From: Felis catus
Taxonomy: Eukaryota
Direction of reading: 5' to 3'
Assembly (NCBI RefSeq): GCF_018350175.1
Contig: NC_058368.1
Location: forward strand, 234,362,001-234,426,000
Length of the DNA: 64,000 bases
Made by a program: the position numbers and the translations under genes. The notes under the pieces were generated by a model. That model searched no databases. It saw only the letters and a list, made by a program, of their open reading frames with translations, and was not told where the DNA came from. Positions 1 to 12,519 of this stretch are shown here, piece by piece (position 1 is the stretch's first letter; every line of letters starts with the position of its first letter).

Positions 1-60
1 TTACTGAAGACAGATTTTTGATAACTTCCAAAATTTCAAGAGCTCTTTCCTGGTTTCCTA

Positions 61-270
61 TTTTTTTTTTCCAATGTTTATTTATTTTTGGGACAGAGAC
101 AGAGCATGAACGGGGGAGGGGCAGAGAGAGAGGGAGACACAGAATCGGAAACAGGCTCCAGGCTCCGAGCCATCAGCCCAGAGCCCGACGCGGGGTTCGA
201 ACTCACGGACCGCGAGATCGTGACCTGGCTGAAGTCGGACGCTTAACCGACTGCGCCACCCAGGCGCCCC
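61..270 (-). mobile_element. Can-SINE, young felid type
   Basis: tRNA-like head, (CT)n tract, poly-A, CTGGGCTGATGGCTC diagnostic. Confidence 0.95.
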
Positions 271-1192
271 GCGCCTTTTGTTTTTAAGCGCTGCTGTTTG
301 GTAACTGAAGATTCATTAGAGTCATATATCCATTCTGAACTGTATAACCTAACAGTGTAAAATGGCTTCCTGTGCTCCATTCAGTCCTTTTTGTCTTGTA
401 TGTAAGTCAGCGTTCTATCAGAAGAACAGCGCCACGGTTAGCACGAAGAGAATAAGGAACTTCTCCTAGGAATGAAGGCTTACAGGCACAGGCGGAGCTC
501 AGTGAGTGGAGGTCTAGAAAGGGAAGGGGAGGATCAGAGAAGCTACGCACCAGCTCCCCTCAAGTGCCAGAGCTGGTGGACATAAGGGAGCTTGCAAGTC
601 TAGCCTCCAGAGTGGGATCACAGAGGGTGGCGTCTGTGGTGAACTCTATGGAAACTTCTGCCTCAGGGGAGAGCCTGCCTCTGAGTAACCGCCACCTGTG
701 CAGGTCCACACCAGGTGCCTGGTGGTGGCCTGCAGACAGGGTTGGTTAGCAGGGCCAGCAGTTAGGAGGATGCGTTGGACCCAGAGCAGGGGGGAGTGAA
801 GAGAGCTGGGGTCTGCCACTCATGTCTGCATTTGCCTGTCATTGTGGCCGACCAGGACAACCTGTTAGGTTTAATGACTTCTGCTTCTAAGGCTTAGGAA
901 TCCCACCTTCCAAATTTTGCGCATTTCTCCTTTCAACTCTAAACAGAACCATAGAGAAAAGGGGGTTCTGGGAAATGTAGTTTCATCAGGCCTGCACTCA
1001 GTTTATATAATACAAACCAACATACACTGAGTTATAGTTTGTCATTGGTATTTTCGTTTTGATGTATTTTCCCAATATGCTCTGGAGCACGCTTTGATAC
1101 TTGTTTAACTAGATTTTTTTTTCTCTGATTTTAAAATACAAAGTTCTCTAACCAGTTTAAGAGTATTGCAAGAATGTGTAACCGGTATATTA

Positions 1193-1376
1193 TTTTAAAT
1201 GTTTATTTATTTTTGAGGGAGAGCAAGAGAGCACAAGAGAGCATGTGCATGGGGGAGGGGCAGAAAGAGAGTGGCACAGAGCCCGACACAGGGCTTGATC
1301 CCACGAACCATGAGATCATGACCTGAGCCAAAATCAAGAGTCAGACACTTAATCGACTGAGCCACTGAGGCACCCC
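1193..1376 (-). mobile_element. Can-SINE
   Basis: SINE head and tail; TSD AATGTGTAACC. Confidence 0.9.
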
Positions 1377-1394
1377 AATGTGTAACCAATATTA

Positions 1395-3205
1395 ATGTGG
1401 GGAAAATAAAATGATGCAAATATCTAATTAGCACAAAAGAAGGCGTGAAAGAGAAAAAAAGAACATAAAGCAGGGGAATGGAATAAAAGGCAAGTTTAAC
1501 ACAACTCTCGTCACTAACTACATTAAACAGAAACAGTCTAGATATTCCATGAAAAAGATGAAGTCTGCAACTCAAAGCTTTTAAAACCCAACTGTATGCT
1601 GTTTACAAAATCAGACTTTAAATATCAAGACACAGAAAGGTTGAATGTACTAGGATGGAAAATGATATGGCAGGTAAAGCGAACAAAGTTGATATATGTA
1701 TACTGACATCAGACAGGGTCAACTCTAAGGCAAGAGTTGCTAGAGATGAACATCTGAACATGATAAAGGGGTCAGTCTACAAAGAAGATATCACAAATCT
1801 TAATCTATGCAACTAATAACAGAGCTTCAAAATATATGTAAAGCAAAATTGACAAGATATAGAGGATAGAGGAATTCACAATCATAATGGTAGATTTTAA
1901 CACTTTCAAATGTGTTATAAAAAGAAAAAAAAACAAAACTTGAATAACACAAATAGCAAATTTGGCTTAATTGACATATGTAGAATCCTGCACTCTAAAC
2001 CCACGACATGCACATTCTTTTAAATCACATGTGAAGCATTTGCCAGAATTGATCATGGCTGGGCAATAAAACAAGCCCCCAAAAACTTTTCAAAAATTAA
2101 AATAATAAAGAGAATATTCTTCCCACAATGGAAGTATCATAGCGGGAGAAAAAAACTAGAAAATCTCCAACTGTTTGAAAATTAAACTATACAGTTTTAA
2201 ATAATCCACAGGTAAAAGGAGAAATCAGAAAAGACATTAGAGAATATTTGGAAATAGGTGATGATAGGATATGACATATTAAAACTGTAGTAGAAAGCTA
2301 AAGCTGAAAGCAAATTTCACAGCCTGAAATTCATATATTACAGAGAAGACAGGCTAAGAGTCAGCCATCTAAGCTTTCATCTCAAGAAACTGGAAAAAGA
2401 ATAGCAAATCTACCATGTATAAGAAGGAATGAATAAAAACAAGGGCAGAGGTTCATGAAATAGAAAGCAAATTTACAATAGAGAAAAACAAAGCAAAAAG
2501 CGTATTCTTATCCTCAATAAAATTGATGAAGAAAAAGGAAAAAGAAACAATTTCTATTTGGAAATTCAGGTTACTGAACACAAGGCCAATACACACACAC
2601 AAAAAAAAATCAATTGTATTTCTAAATATCAGCAATAAACAAGGAGAACATGAAATTTCAAAACTGCGTCGTTTACAATAGTATAAAAATAAAATACCTA
2701 CAAATAAAGATTTATCAAAATACGTGCAGGATTGGGGCACCTGGCTGGCTCAGTCGGTTGAGCGTCCGACTTTGGCTCAGGTCATGATGTCACAGTTCGT
2801 GGGTTCGAGCCCCAAATCGGGCTCTGTGCCGACAGCTCAGAGCCTGGAGCCTGCTTCAGATTCTGTGTCTCCCTCTCCCTCTGCCCTTCCCCACTCACTC
2901 TCTGTCTCTCAAAAATAAATAAATGTAAAAAAAAAATCTTTTTTTTAAATATGTGTAGGATCTTTACACTGAAAGGTACGAGGCATTCTTGGGAGAAAGA
3001 AAGGAGGATTCTGTGAGCGGAGGACATTCCATCTCCATAGATTGGAAAGCCAGCGTTGTAAGGATGCCAACTCTCTTGGATTGATCTGTGGGTTGAACCC
3101 AATCCTAAGCAAAATTCCAGCATCGTGAAGCTTGGCGAGCTGATTCCATAATGTATATGGAAATGCAAAATGCTAAAATAGCCAAGAGAATCTTAAATTA
3201 GAACA
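1395..3205 (+). mobile_element. Old L1 (L1M) ORF2 fossil interrupted by a SINE
   Basis: A-rich degenerate ORF2 sequence (CCCAACTGTATGCTGTTTACAA; GGAAAGCCAGCGTTGTAAGGATG). Confidence 0.75.
2734..2937 (+). mobile_element. Can-SINE
   Basis: GGGGCACCTGGCTGGCTCAGTCGG head; imperfect TSD AAATAYGTGYAGGAT. Confidence 0.93.
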
Positions 3206-4029
3206 GAGTTGGCTTCCTTCTGCTGTTAGACACTTCCTTCAACTTCTAACCTATGAACATCGGCTTTTTTTGTAGGCATGACTCATAAAGAGCACATGCT
3301 TGTATTTTGTCTTAAGGAACTTTCTGGAAGTTTTCTTTCTTACTCTAGGGTATTACCCCATTTATATTTTTTTTATTCTATTATTTCTCTTGTTCTTTGG
3401 ATTTGTCTTCCACTTCCTTGATATCCCTTATTTGTTTATTTATTTGTTAGTTTTTATTTGTTTCATTTATTTTTTTGCTGGTTGGGAGGAGGTGCTTTAT
3501 ATGCTCTGGTCTTTAAAAGTTTTATATCCTGGCTTTTAATTCTGGCAATGACTATATGGATTACTTTTAATATACGCTTATGAGCTAGCCTTCCCGAATT
3601 CAGAGTGAAGGTTTACATGTTACTTTATGATTTATCATCCATTTCTGGATCTCACCCAACCCCCCAAGTACACACAAGTGCACACATGCCCCCTACGCTG
3701 ATTTTAGCGCTATCTTCTATCCACTTTTGCACATTTTAAATATGATCTGGCATCTTGTATCCACTCATTTAGTTTCACTGGTTTTTACATTCTCAATCCT
3801 CTCTTTTAAGAACAAATGCATTATTTACATTCCGAGAGTCCTACACTCACTGCCAGCCCTGCGTCTAACTGTCTTTCCAGGCTCCAGCTTTTGCTTTACG
3901 TCTTAGCCGAGAGGCGCACATCCTCATCTAACTCACTCGGGTGCTTCGAGCCAGGAAAACTTGAACAAATCCCTCAGCAAAGCGTACTATGGGTCATTTA
4001 GCCCCCTTCCACCGGTAAAAATTGCAAGT

Positions 4030-4420
4030 GGGATAAAGTAAAACTGACGTGCAATAATGGAAAATGTCTGAAAGCATTAAAAAATGTTTTAAACGAGAAA
4101 CATTTTGAAAGAAAACTAATGAGAGGAAACGTGTCCTTCCGGATATCAAACAATAGTGTAAAAGGATCGGATTCCAACCCATTGGGTGTATTGGGTAGTT
4201 GAATACGCTCCAACAATAGGGTATTTTGCGACTCTTGTGTTTGGTGCACTAAGAAGCAAAATAGGGAGCACCCAAACAGACCCCAGTGGATGTAAGATCC
4301 AGTGGGTGAAAAGATGTGGTGTCTCAAACACTTGAGGAAAAGGTCAGGTACTGGCTTTTCCTAGAAAAGAAAAAAAGGTAACGTGGCTCGGAAGCAGACA
4401 GTTGTCAAATTTCATAAACA
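4030..4420 (+). mobile_element. Very old L1 (L1ME-like) ORF2 fragment
   Basis: Degenerate resemblance to the L1 ORF2 3' region. Confidence 0.4.
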
Positions 4421-4497
4421 TCGATGCAGGCGGCCCCGTGTTGGGTCCCCGAGAGGCTGGTGCATTAGCGAAATGACGGACACTTTTCCGAGCCTGT

Positions 4498-4670
4498 TGT
4501 GGTGTGGGTTCCCGCGCAAGAGTGTGTGTATGTGGGCGAATGTGTGTGAGTGTGCGTAGTGCGAGTGAGTGTGCGGGGGAATGCATATGTGTGAGCGAGT
4601 GTGCGGTGTGCGTGCGAGGGAGTGTGTGGTGTGTGGGTGTGTGTTGGGGCGCAGTTGTGTGTGGGAGGTG
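4498..4670. repeat. (TG)-rich low-complexity tract
   Basis: Degenerate GTGT/GCGT repeats; source of the His/Thr and Cys/Val ORFs. Confidence 0.85.
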
Positions 4671-6192
4671 GGAAACGGCTCCGTCTCAGGAACATCTGAT
4701 TTTTATAAAGCGGAAACGGGAACAGTAGAGGGAAGTGATGGGGTGAGGCAGGTGGTCCTAACGGTTTTCCGCAAGGAAGACGGCATCCCCGAGGGCCTCC
4801 AACTCCACGATGGGAGCGTCCCCGTTCCCAGGTAAGAAAGCGAGGTTCGTGGGCCACTCTTCCCAGGAGTCCAGCCTCGGGCTGTCCGGGCCCAGGGCCC
4901 GCTTTTTGCCCATGGCAGCGTGGCCTCCGTGTTGCTGGTGTATTTCCCTGTCCCCGTGAGCCATCCGCCCCCCTGCCCCAGGCGTGGCCCTCGCTCGCCC
5001 TGCACTGCTCACCTGTGCAGGGCGTGCCGCGGGATGCTGCAGGGGACGGTACTTAAAGGTCAAGGCCACACTTTTCTTCTCTTGCCTCCAGTCATCAGAC
5101 TGTGCGCTCTCCTCTCAAGTGTGGCCACAGGGGATGGCAATTCTCTGGAACTTGGTTTTTCTGATCCTGTCTCGCCGAATGCTTTGTAGAGCCTGGATGG
5201 CGGCTCTACGGGGCGGGCTTTGCCGCTCACGGACTCAGCCTCGCTGACCTTGCGCCGGCACACCTCACGGGATGCCTGAGACACTTCTTTTCAGAACGGC
5301 CTTGTGAGAGCAGCAGGGAACAGTGTCCGGCTTAAATTTGGGACTCCCTGAGAAAAACAAACGTCTGGTATCCTACAAGAGATCTGGCATCTATTGGAAT
5401 GCAATGTTGGTCGACCTTGGCTCTTCTCTTTATACACGCCAGGGCTGGGGCAGGGCAGCTGGGGACAGGACAGCCCAGAAAGGAGGTTTCGGTGTGGCCC
5501 TGGACCTTTATACCGACATCTTCCTGTCTGCTGGGATTCTGACCCCTAACCACCGTCAGGAACACCCGAGCCCTCATACCAGCCTTCCTCCCTCCATCAA
5601 GGCACGGGCCTGACGCCCCGCTGGCTGACAGCAAGAGACAGAACAGCCAGAAAGACAGAGTGAGGCCTTTGCGCACTAGAAATTTAATTTGGTGGGAGTA
5701 ATTGGGGCAAGGAGTTGGAAGCACTTGTCAGGCTGATCTGGCCTTGGGGGTAATGCGGGGAGGGCATAAGAGGCTGGTCTCGAGGACAGAAAGGAATTCC
5801 TATAAAAACTACCCGACCGAGAAAACATTCCAGGTCTCTAGCACTGTCAGATATAATAGCAGCCAGCTACCAGGAAGGCAAAGGCAACTTCTGGGGTTAA
5901 AACTATACCAGATAGTCCCTATGTTTCTATCAAGCCCAACCCCTTCCTGGGTCCTACAGATCTGACCCAGGTCTCCCCCCAGCCCATCTAGTTCCTCCGA
6001 CCCCACTGTACCCAACTGCAGCTGCTTTGGCCTCCTGGCAATGCCCGGAGCCCCTGGCCACTTCCTTCGTCTGGAAGGCCCTCCACCCCCTGCCGTGTCT
6101 GACTCCTCACCTGTCCCACCTTCACCTTAGTGTCACCTTCTTGGAGAGGTGGTCACAGACACCCCTCCTCATTTCCCTAACATCTAAAGAAG

Positions 6193-6727
6193 TGCTATGG
6201 GCTGAATGGTGTCCCTCCAAATTCCTATGTGAACCCTAACCCCAGAACCTCAGAATGTGACTGTCTTTGGAAGTAGGACCTTTAAAGAGGGGATTCAGTT
6301 AAAATGAGGCCATTGGAGTGGGCCCTAATCAAACAGAACTTGTGTCCTTATATTTTTTTAATTTTTAAACATTTTATTTGAGAGAGAAAGAGCATGAGTG
6401 GGGGAGGGGCAGAGAGAGAGAGGGAGACACAGAATCGGAAGCAGGCTCCAGGCTCTGAGCTGTCAGCACAGAGCCCGACGCGGGGCTCGAACACATGAAC
6501 GAGGAGATCATGACCTGAGTGAAAGTCGGATGCGTAACTGACTGAGCCACCCAGGCACCCCAGAACTGGTGTCCTGGACGCACAGAGAGACACCATGGAT
6601 ATCATCACAAAGGAAAGACCACATGTGGCCACAGTGCAAAGGCGGCCATCCGCACACCAAGGAGAGAAGCCTCAGAAGAAACACCTTGGTCTTGGACTTC
6701 CAGTCTCCAGAACTGGTAGAACATAAA
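6193..6727 (+). mobile_element. MLT1-type MaLR LTR, host of a SINE and the ERV
   Basis: TGCTATGGGCTGAATGGTGTCCCTCCAAATTC..CCTCAGAATGTGACTGT..GGACTTCCAGTCTCCAGAACTG resembles the MLT1 consensus and stops at the ERV 5' LTR. Confidence 0.8.
6353..6561 (-). mobile_element. Can-SINE within MLT1
   Basis: TSD AGAACT(T/G)GTGTCCT. Confidence 0.93.
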
Positions 6728-7103
6728 TGAGGAGGAGAACACAAGTAACAAAAAAAGAATCGTCTTACATGCGGCTCACTGATACACGTCTGAGACAGAC
6801 AGATCATGGCATCCCTAAAGGGTCTTATGATTAATGTTTTACTAGATAATAAAGGGTAATCTTATCTTGACAATAGCCAGCCCTCTAAGATCCTGTAAAC
6901 CTCACTTTCAGCAGACACAAATTCCTTAGAGACTTATGCTATCCCTAACCCCCACTAACTAAAAAGTATAGAATCAGTCAGTCCCACAATCCCCGGGCAG
7001 CTCTTCCTGCCCAGGGTCCTGTCCCTGTGCTATAACGAAAGCACCTTTTTGCACCAAAAACATCTCAAGAATTCTTTCTTGACTGCTCACTGACAATACA
7101 TCA
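6728..7103 (+). repeat. ERV 5' LTR
   Basis: Starts TGAGGAGGAGAAC, ends CATCA, followed by the PBS. Aligns with 14250-14640. Confidence 0.9.
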
Positions 7104-7108
7104 TATTT

Positions 7109-7126
7109 TGGTGCCCAACATGGGGT
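7109..7126 (+). promoter_or_regulatory. ERV primer-binding site, tRNA-Lys(CUU)-like
   Basis: TGGTGCCCAACATGGGGT matches the Lys1,2 PBS TGGCGCCCAACGTGGGGC at 15/18; two mismatches are CpG-decay type. A donor-like GTGAGT follows at 7167. Confidence 0.75.
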
Positions 7127-7462
7127 CTGTCTTCTCATCGGGACTCTGAGTCTTAGTGCGAACTCGGTGAGTACTTTCTCTTCCTTTACTTTCATACCAG
7201 GGCCTTTTCAGAGAGTGTGGTCTTACTGGAACACTTTCATATCGATTGCTCAGGCTGCAATCCTGTAGCCCGTGGCTACTCTACAGGGAGGCACAAAAGC
7301 CTCCCTTTTGACCAGAAGTTAGTACCCTGGCCAGAATGGTAGTGAGACCCAGAAACATGGTGCCTTCTCTTTATTTCTGTCCTTGTAAAAAAGCTGCCTG
7401 TCTTGGGCAGGAGACAGCCACCTAAGTGACTAGCACGGCTTTCAGTTAAGACTTAGGTGTGA

Positions 7463-7678
7463 GGAGCGCCTTGGTGGCTCGGTCGGTTAAGTGTCCGACT
7501 TTGGCTCAGGTCATGATCTCACGGTCTGTGAGTTCGAGCCCCACATCGGGCTCTGTGCTGACAGCTCAGAGCCTGGAGCCTGTTTCAGATTCTGTGTCTC
7601 CCTCTCTCTCTTTGTCTCCCCTGCTCATGCTCTGCCTCTCTCTCTCAAAAATAAATAAACATAAAAAAAAAAAAAAAG
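7463..7678 (+). mobile_element. Can-SINE within the ERV leader
   Basis: TSD AAGACTTAG(G/A)TGTGA. Confidence 0.93.
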
Positions 7679-8227
7679 AAGACTTAGATGTGACGTGTCC
7701 TCCTCATGGGTCTAATGTGGTCCACTCCACATCCCTGGTCTAGCCACTTTGGGCCACAAGACGTCCACCCAGAGCCAGCTGAAACTAGGACCCGACCGAA
7801 TTAAAACCCAACCAGGGGCATTTCCCAGGGAAGTCAGCTGTGACGACCGCGTGTGTTGGGATGTCACTTAGAATATGGCGGATTTCCGTCTCCACTGGTT
7901 TTCATCAGTGTCCCCTACTGACTACTTAAATTACAACATTGGGTAGTTTCCACTTGTAAAACTTTTCTGGTGTTTTCCATGGGTTAAAAACAACATGTTA
8001 TTTATGTCTGTTCACTGGCACCCATTTGTAGCCTAGGGGGCCATGGGGTAGTGGAGGGATGCCATGATCCCTCCCAGAGGGCAAGGTTGTGTTCATAGTG
8101 ATTTTGTTTGAGGAACGCCTCCAGTCACTTTGACACTAGGAACCTCTGACATACCCTGTATAGGGTGCCACCTGAGAGTTGGGGGGGGTGGATTTTTGGT
8201 AATAAGCCTTCCCTATTTTTCCAGGAA

Positions 8228-9530
8228 CATGAGATCTTCTTTAGTCCCCAGGGATGCTCCCTTGGGATGCGTTTTAACCCACTGGAATCAATTCGGATTG
8301 CAATATTTAAGAAAGAAAAGCCTGATCTTCTTCTGTAACACTGTATGGCCTCGGTACTTCTTAGGAGATGAGGAAAAATGGCCCTTAATGGGACATTAAA
8401 CTTCAGTATGATCTATCAGTTAGATCTCTTCTGCAAGAAACAGGGCAAATGGGCTGAGGTACCTATGTCCAGGCCTTGGTGGCTCTAGATCAGGACCCCG
8501 ACCTAAGGGCTTCTTGCGGAATGTGATTGGCCACTAACCAGGCTCATAAACCCCTCCCGACATATCGGATGATGATTGTCTAAATGGGCCCATTCCTCCT
8601 AATAAGCCCAGGCTACCAGAGGGATCACAAGCCTCTCCAAAGAGAGAGGACATTGATTCTGTCACTATCCCTTAATTTATCGAGGGTTTTCAACAAGTGT
8701 CCATCATGTTTGATTGGACCTGACCAACTCACCGCTGCACCCCTGAGGAAGAGAACCGTATCTGGGTAGGGGCTCCAGGGTTTGCTGACCAACAGGCGAG
8801 AAGAGACAGAGGACGTTACCCGGTAGGGGGCGCTGCTGTCCCAATCCGGAGCCACGTTGGACCTACCAGGAAAAGGGTCGAAGAAGAGGGAGATGGGCTC
8901 CTATGATCACTGGTCTGATAGAAGGAACGAGAAAAAAAAAAAAAAAAAAAGGATTCTTCAAACCTGTGAAATTCAACAAAATTCAGAAAGTCCTTTAAAT
9001 TTCTGATCAAAATCCAGCTCTATTTCAGGGTCGCTTAACAGAAGCTGTCTGTAAATACCCAAACCTGGACCCGACTACACCTGAGGGGGTAACTATTTTA
9101 AACATGCACTTTATAAATCAGTAGGCACCTTACATCTGGTGAAAATGAACTAAAATGGCTTTGGGCCCTCAAACTCCCACTCAACACCTCCTGGAGGTGA
9201 CTACAGGAGTTTTTAATAATAGATACGTGCTATTAAAACAGGAAAAGAATCAAAGGGCTAAGTTACAGGGTAAGATACACGTCCGAGTATTGGCTGCCGC
9301 TGTTGTGGACTCTGTATAACACCAGGCTAGCCAGGGGCCAGAGAAAGGGCCGGCTCCGCATTAGAAGTCAGGTGAGAGCCCATGTTTCAGATGTGACCAG
9401 ACTGGCATTGGAGCAGAGGATGTCCCTGGGCCTTGGAAGAGAGACTGTCCTCATCTCCAGAGAGAGAGAGGGGGTCAGGCAATCACTTCCCCGCCTGAAA
9501 GCAGGAACTGGGGGATCTGGCATGACGCGG
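8228..9530 (+). pseudogene. gag: ERV gag remnant (MA, CA/MHR, NC zinc knuckle)
   Basis: MA-like PLGCVLTHWNQF..KKSLIFFCNTVWP, CA-like QNPALFQGRLTEAVCKYPNLDP..GPQTP, and a frameshifted CFRC..HW..CP knuckle near 9383-9425. Contains stops and frameshifts. Confidence 0.88.
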
Positions 9531-9618
9531 CCCTGAGGCTGGTCTGACTTCCTTTGACATCAAGATGTCTGAGCCCCAGGTTACCCTGGATGTGGGAGGT
9601 AAGTTCATCAATTTCCTC

Positions 9619-10017
9619 TTTTTTTTTTTTGAAATATGAAATTTATTGTCAAATTGGTTTCCATACAACACCCAGTGCTCGTCCCAACAGGTGCCCTCCT
9701 CAATGCTCATCACCCACCCTCCCCTCCCTCCCACCTCCCATCAACCCTCAGTTTATTCTCAGTTTTTAAGAGTCTCTTATGGTTTGCCTTCTCCCTCTCT
9801 AACTTTTTTTTCCCCCTTCCCCTCTCCCACAGTCTTCTGTTAAGTTTCTCAGGATCCACATAAGAGTGAAAACATATGGTACCTATCTTTCTCTGGATGA
9901 CTTATTTCACTTAGCACAACACTCTCCAGTTCCATGCACGTTGCTGCAAAAGGCCATATTTCATTCTTTCTCATTGCCATGTAGTATTCCATTGTGTATG
10001 TCAACCACAATTTCTTT
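9619..10017 (-). mobile_element. 5'-truncated felid-type L1 3' end inserted in ERV protease
   Basis: Poly-T tail, L1 3' UTR and ORF2 C-terminus (YTMEYYMAMRKNEIWPFAATCMELE). TSD-like ATCAATTTCCT / ATCAATTTTCT. Confidence 0.9.
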
Positions 10018-10719
10018 ATCAATTTTCTTACTGATACAGGAACGGTTAGTCTTTTCTTATTCTGTACTCCGGTATTTGTCTTTCTCACCATAAGACTGTT
10101 GGCATGGCGGGGGGGGGACTAAAACGTGCCCTCAGACAATGCCTTTGACTTGTAAATACAGAAGTCAGTTGGTTACTCATGTTTTTTGAGTCCTTCCATC
10201 TTGTCCCACTCCATTACTTGGGTAAGAGTTAATGTACAGTCTAGGAAGCAGGTTTGCTGTTACTAAAGAAGGGCATGGCTTATTCCCTTTAACACCTGGA
10301 GAATTAAAACCTTACCCTGATATCCCTTCTAATATCTGGAAGGAAGTAAATCTGCACGTCTGGGATTGCAGGGTCCCAGGACAGGCTCTAAAAGCCCAAC
10401 CAGTTCAAGTGACCTTAAAGGGCCCAACCACTATACCTCATAAGAGACAGTATCCCTTAAAACCAGAGGCAAAAGCTGGGTTCCAATCACTTATTGACAG
10501 GTTTCTCCAACTTGGTATTTTGAGGCCTCGTCAGTCTTCTTAGAACCCTGCCATTTTACCATTCCCAAATGGGGACTATCGAATGGTCCCAGATTTAAGA
10601 ACCGTAAGTGAAGCACCAGGGTCTCCCCATCCCACAGTGCCAAATCCATGTACCATTCTCACCCAGGTCCGTGGGGAGGCTAACTGGTTCACAGTACTTG
10701 ATTTAAAAGATGCCTTCTT

Positions 10720-10930
10720 GGGGCGCCTGGGTGGCGCAGTCGGTTAAGCGTCCGACTTCAGCCAGGTCACGATCTCGCGGTCCGTGAGTTCGAGCCCCGC
10801 GTCGGGCTCTGGGCTGATGGCTCAGAGCCTGGAGACTGTTTCCGATTCTGTGTCTCCCTCTCTCTCTGCCCCTCCCCCGTTCATGCTCTGTCTCTCTCTG
10901 TCCCCAAAATAAATAAACGTTGAAAAAAAA
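10720..10930 (+). mobile_element. Young Can-SINE within ERV RT
   Basis: Perfect 15-bp TSD AAAAGATGCCTTCTT; CpGs intact. Confidence 0.96.
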
Positions 10931-12519
10931 AAAAGATGCCTTCTTTTGCAGCCCTCTAAGTGAGAGAAGACAGCCACTATTTGCCTTTGAATGGACCTCA
11001 CCTTCAAGTCCACGGGCTGCTCAATGAACTTGGACAGTCTCGTGGCAGGGATTTAGACACAGTCTTCACTTATTCGGGGCTGCACTTAGTGAAGACCTCC
11101 GTGATGTCGCCTTGCCTCGAGCGACTATATAATTCAATTTGTGGATGATATTTTAATGTGTAGTCCCACAAAGGAAGCGTCTGGTAACAATTCTCTAACC
11201 TTACTTAATTTCTTGGCAGACAGAAGGTATCATGCCCCCCCCCCCAAAAAAAGCTCAAATATCTAAACAGAAAGTACAATATTTGGGATATAAACTAACA
11301 CCAGGTCACCATACTCTATCGACTAATCGGAAAAAAGCTATATTAGATCTTGAGCTCCCAACTACAAAGACACAACTCCGCACTTTCCTGGGCATGGCAG
11401 GCAGGCTTTTGCCGCCTGCGGATTTTTGGATTTGGGCTCTTAGCCAAGCCATTGTATGATTCAGTGAAAGGCCCTGATAAAGAGCCTTTATTCTGGACTA
11501 ACGCCCAGCAGACAGCCTTCAAAACATTGAAAGCTAAGCTTTTATCAGCGCCAGATGTGGCTCTACCAAACTTAGAAAAAACCTTTTGCTTTATATGTAG
11601 CAGAGAAACAGGGTCAAGCTTTGGGAGTTCTTACCCAAAAATTAGGAAATGAAAAAAGACCAGCGGACTATTTCTCAAAGTCCCTCGACAGTGTAGCACA
11701 GGGTGGCGGGCTTGTCTTAGCGCGGTGGCTGCCACAGCCCTCCTGAAAGAGGAAGCCTCGAAAGTGACCATGGGACGGTCCCTGACCGTGATGACGTCAT
11801 GTCTGGTCCAAAGTGTTTTAGAAACTCAAGGCCACCGATGGATGACCCACGTGCTAAATGACCCACTGCTTTGCAGCAGGACTGCGAAAGAAGGCTGCGC
11901 TTTTAGACACACCCGAAGTGGTCCTCAAGACCTGTCCGGCTTTCAACCCGGCTTCCCTTATGCTGGGGCCTGACCACAGTACGTCTACAGAACATAACTG
12001 TCCAGACGCTTTTGATCTTGTTCATTCCAGCAGATCAGACCTGAAAAGATTCTCCTGTTGATGATGCAGATGACAATTGCTTTACTGATGGCAGCAGTTT
12101 CACGGTGAAGGGTAGGCTGTAGTCAGTCTAACCCAGACTATTGAGGTCAAAGCCCTCCCAGCAAATACGTCGGCCCAGAGAGCGGAGCGAAAAGCCCTCG
12201 TTCGTGCTTTACAACGGGCAAAGGGCCTCAGGATTAATATCTATACTGACTCTAAATATGCCTTCCTAGCCCTACACACACACGGGGCAATGTGGAAAGA
12301 GAGAGGGTCATTATCACGTCATAACTCTCCCATTAAATACGGACCTGAACTAATAGCCCTTTTAGAGGCGGTCCACATGCCTAAGAAGGTGGCTGTAATT
12401 CACCTCAGGGGACATCATAAGGAAATGTCTATGGAATCTGGAGGAAATAATCCAAGTAGACCGTGCAGCCAGGCAAGCCACACGAAGCCTAGAAGACCTC
12501 GAACTTCTCTTCAAACGAC

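Noticed and set aside
61..270. tRNA genes and recurring ORFs such as AQSVKRPTSAQVMIS
   Set aside because: These are Can-SINE heads and bodies, not tRNAs or proteins.
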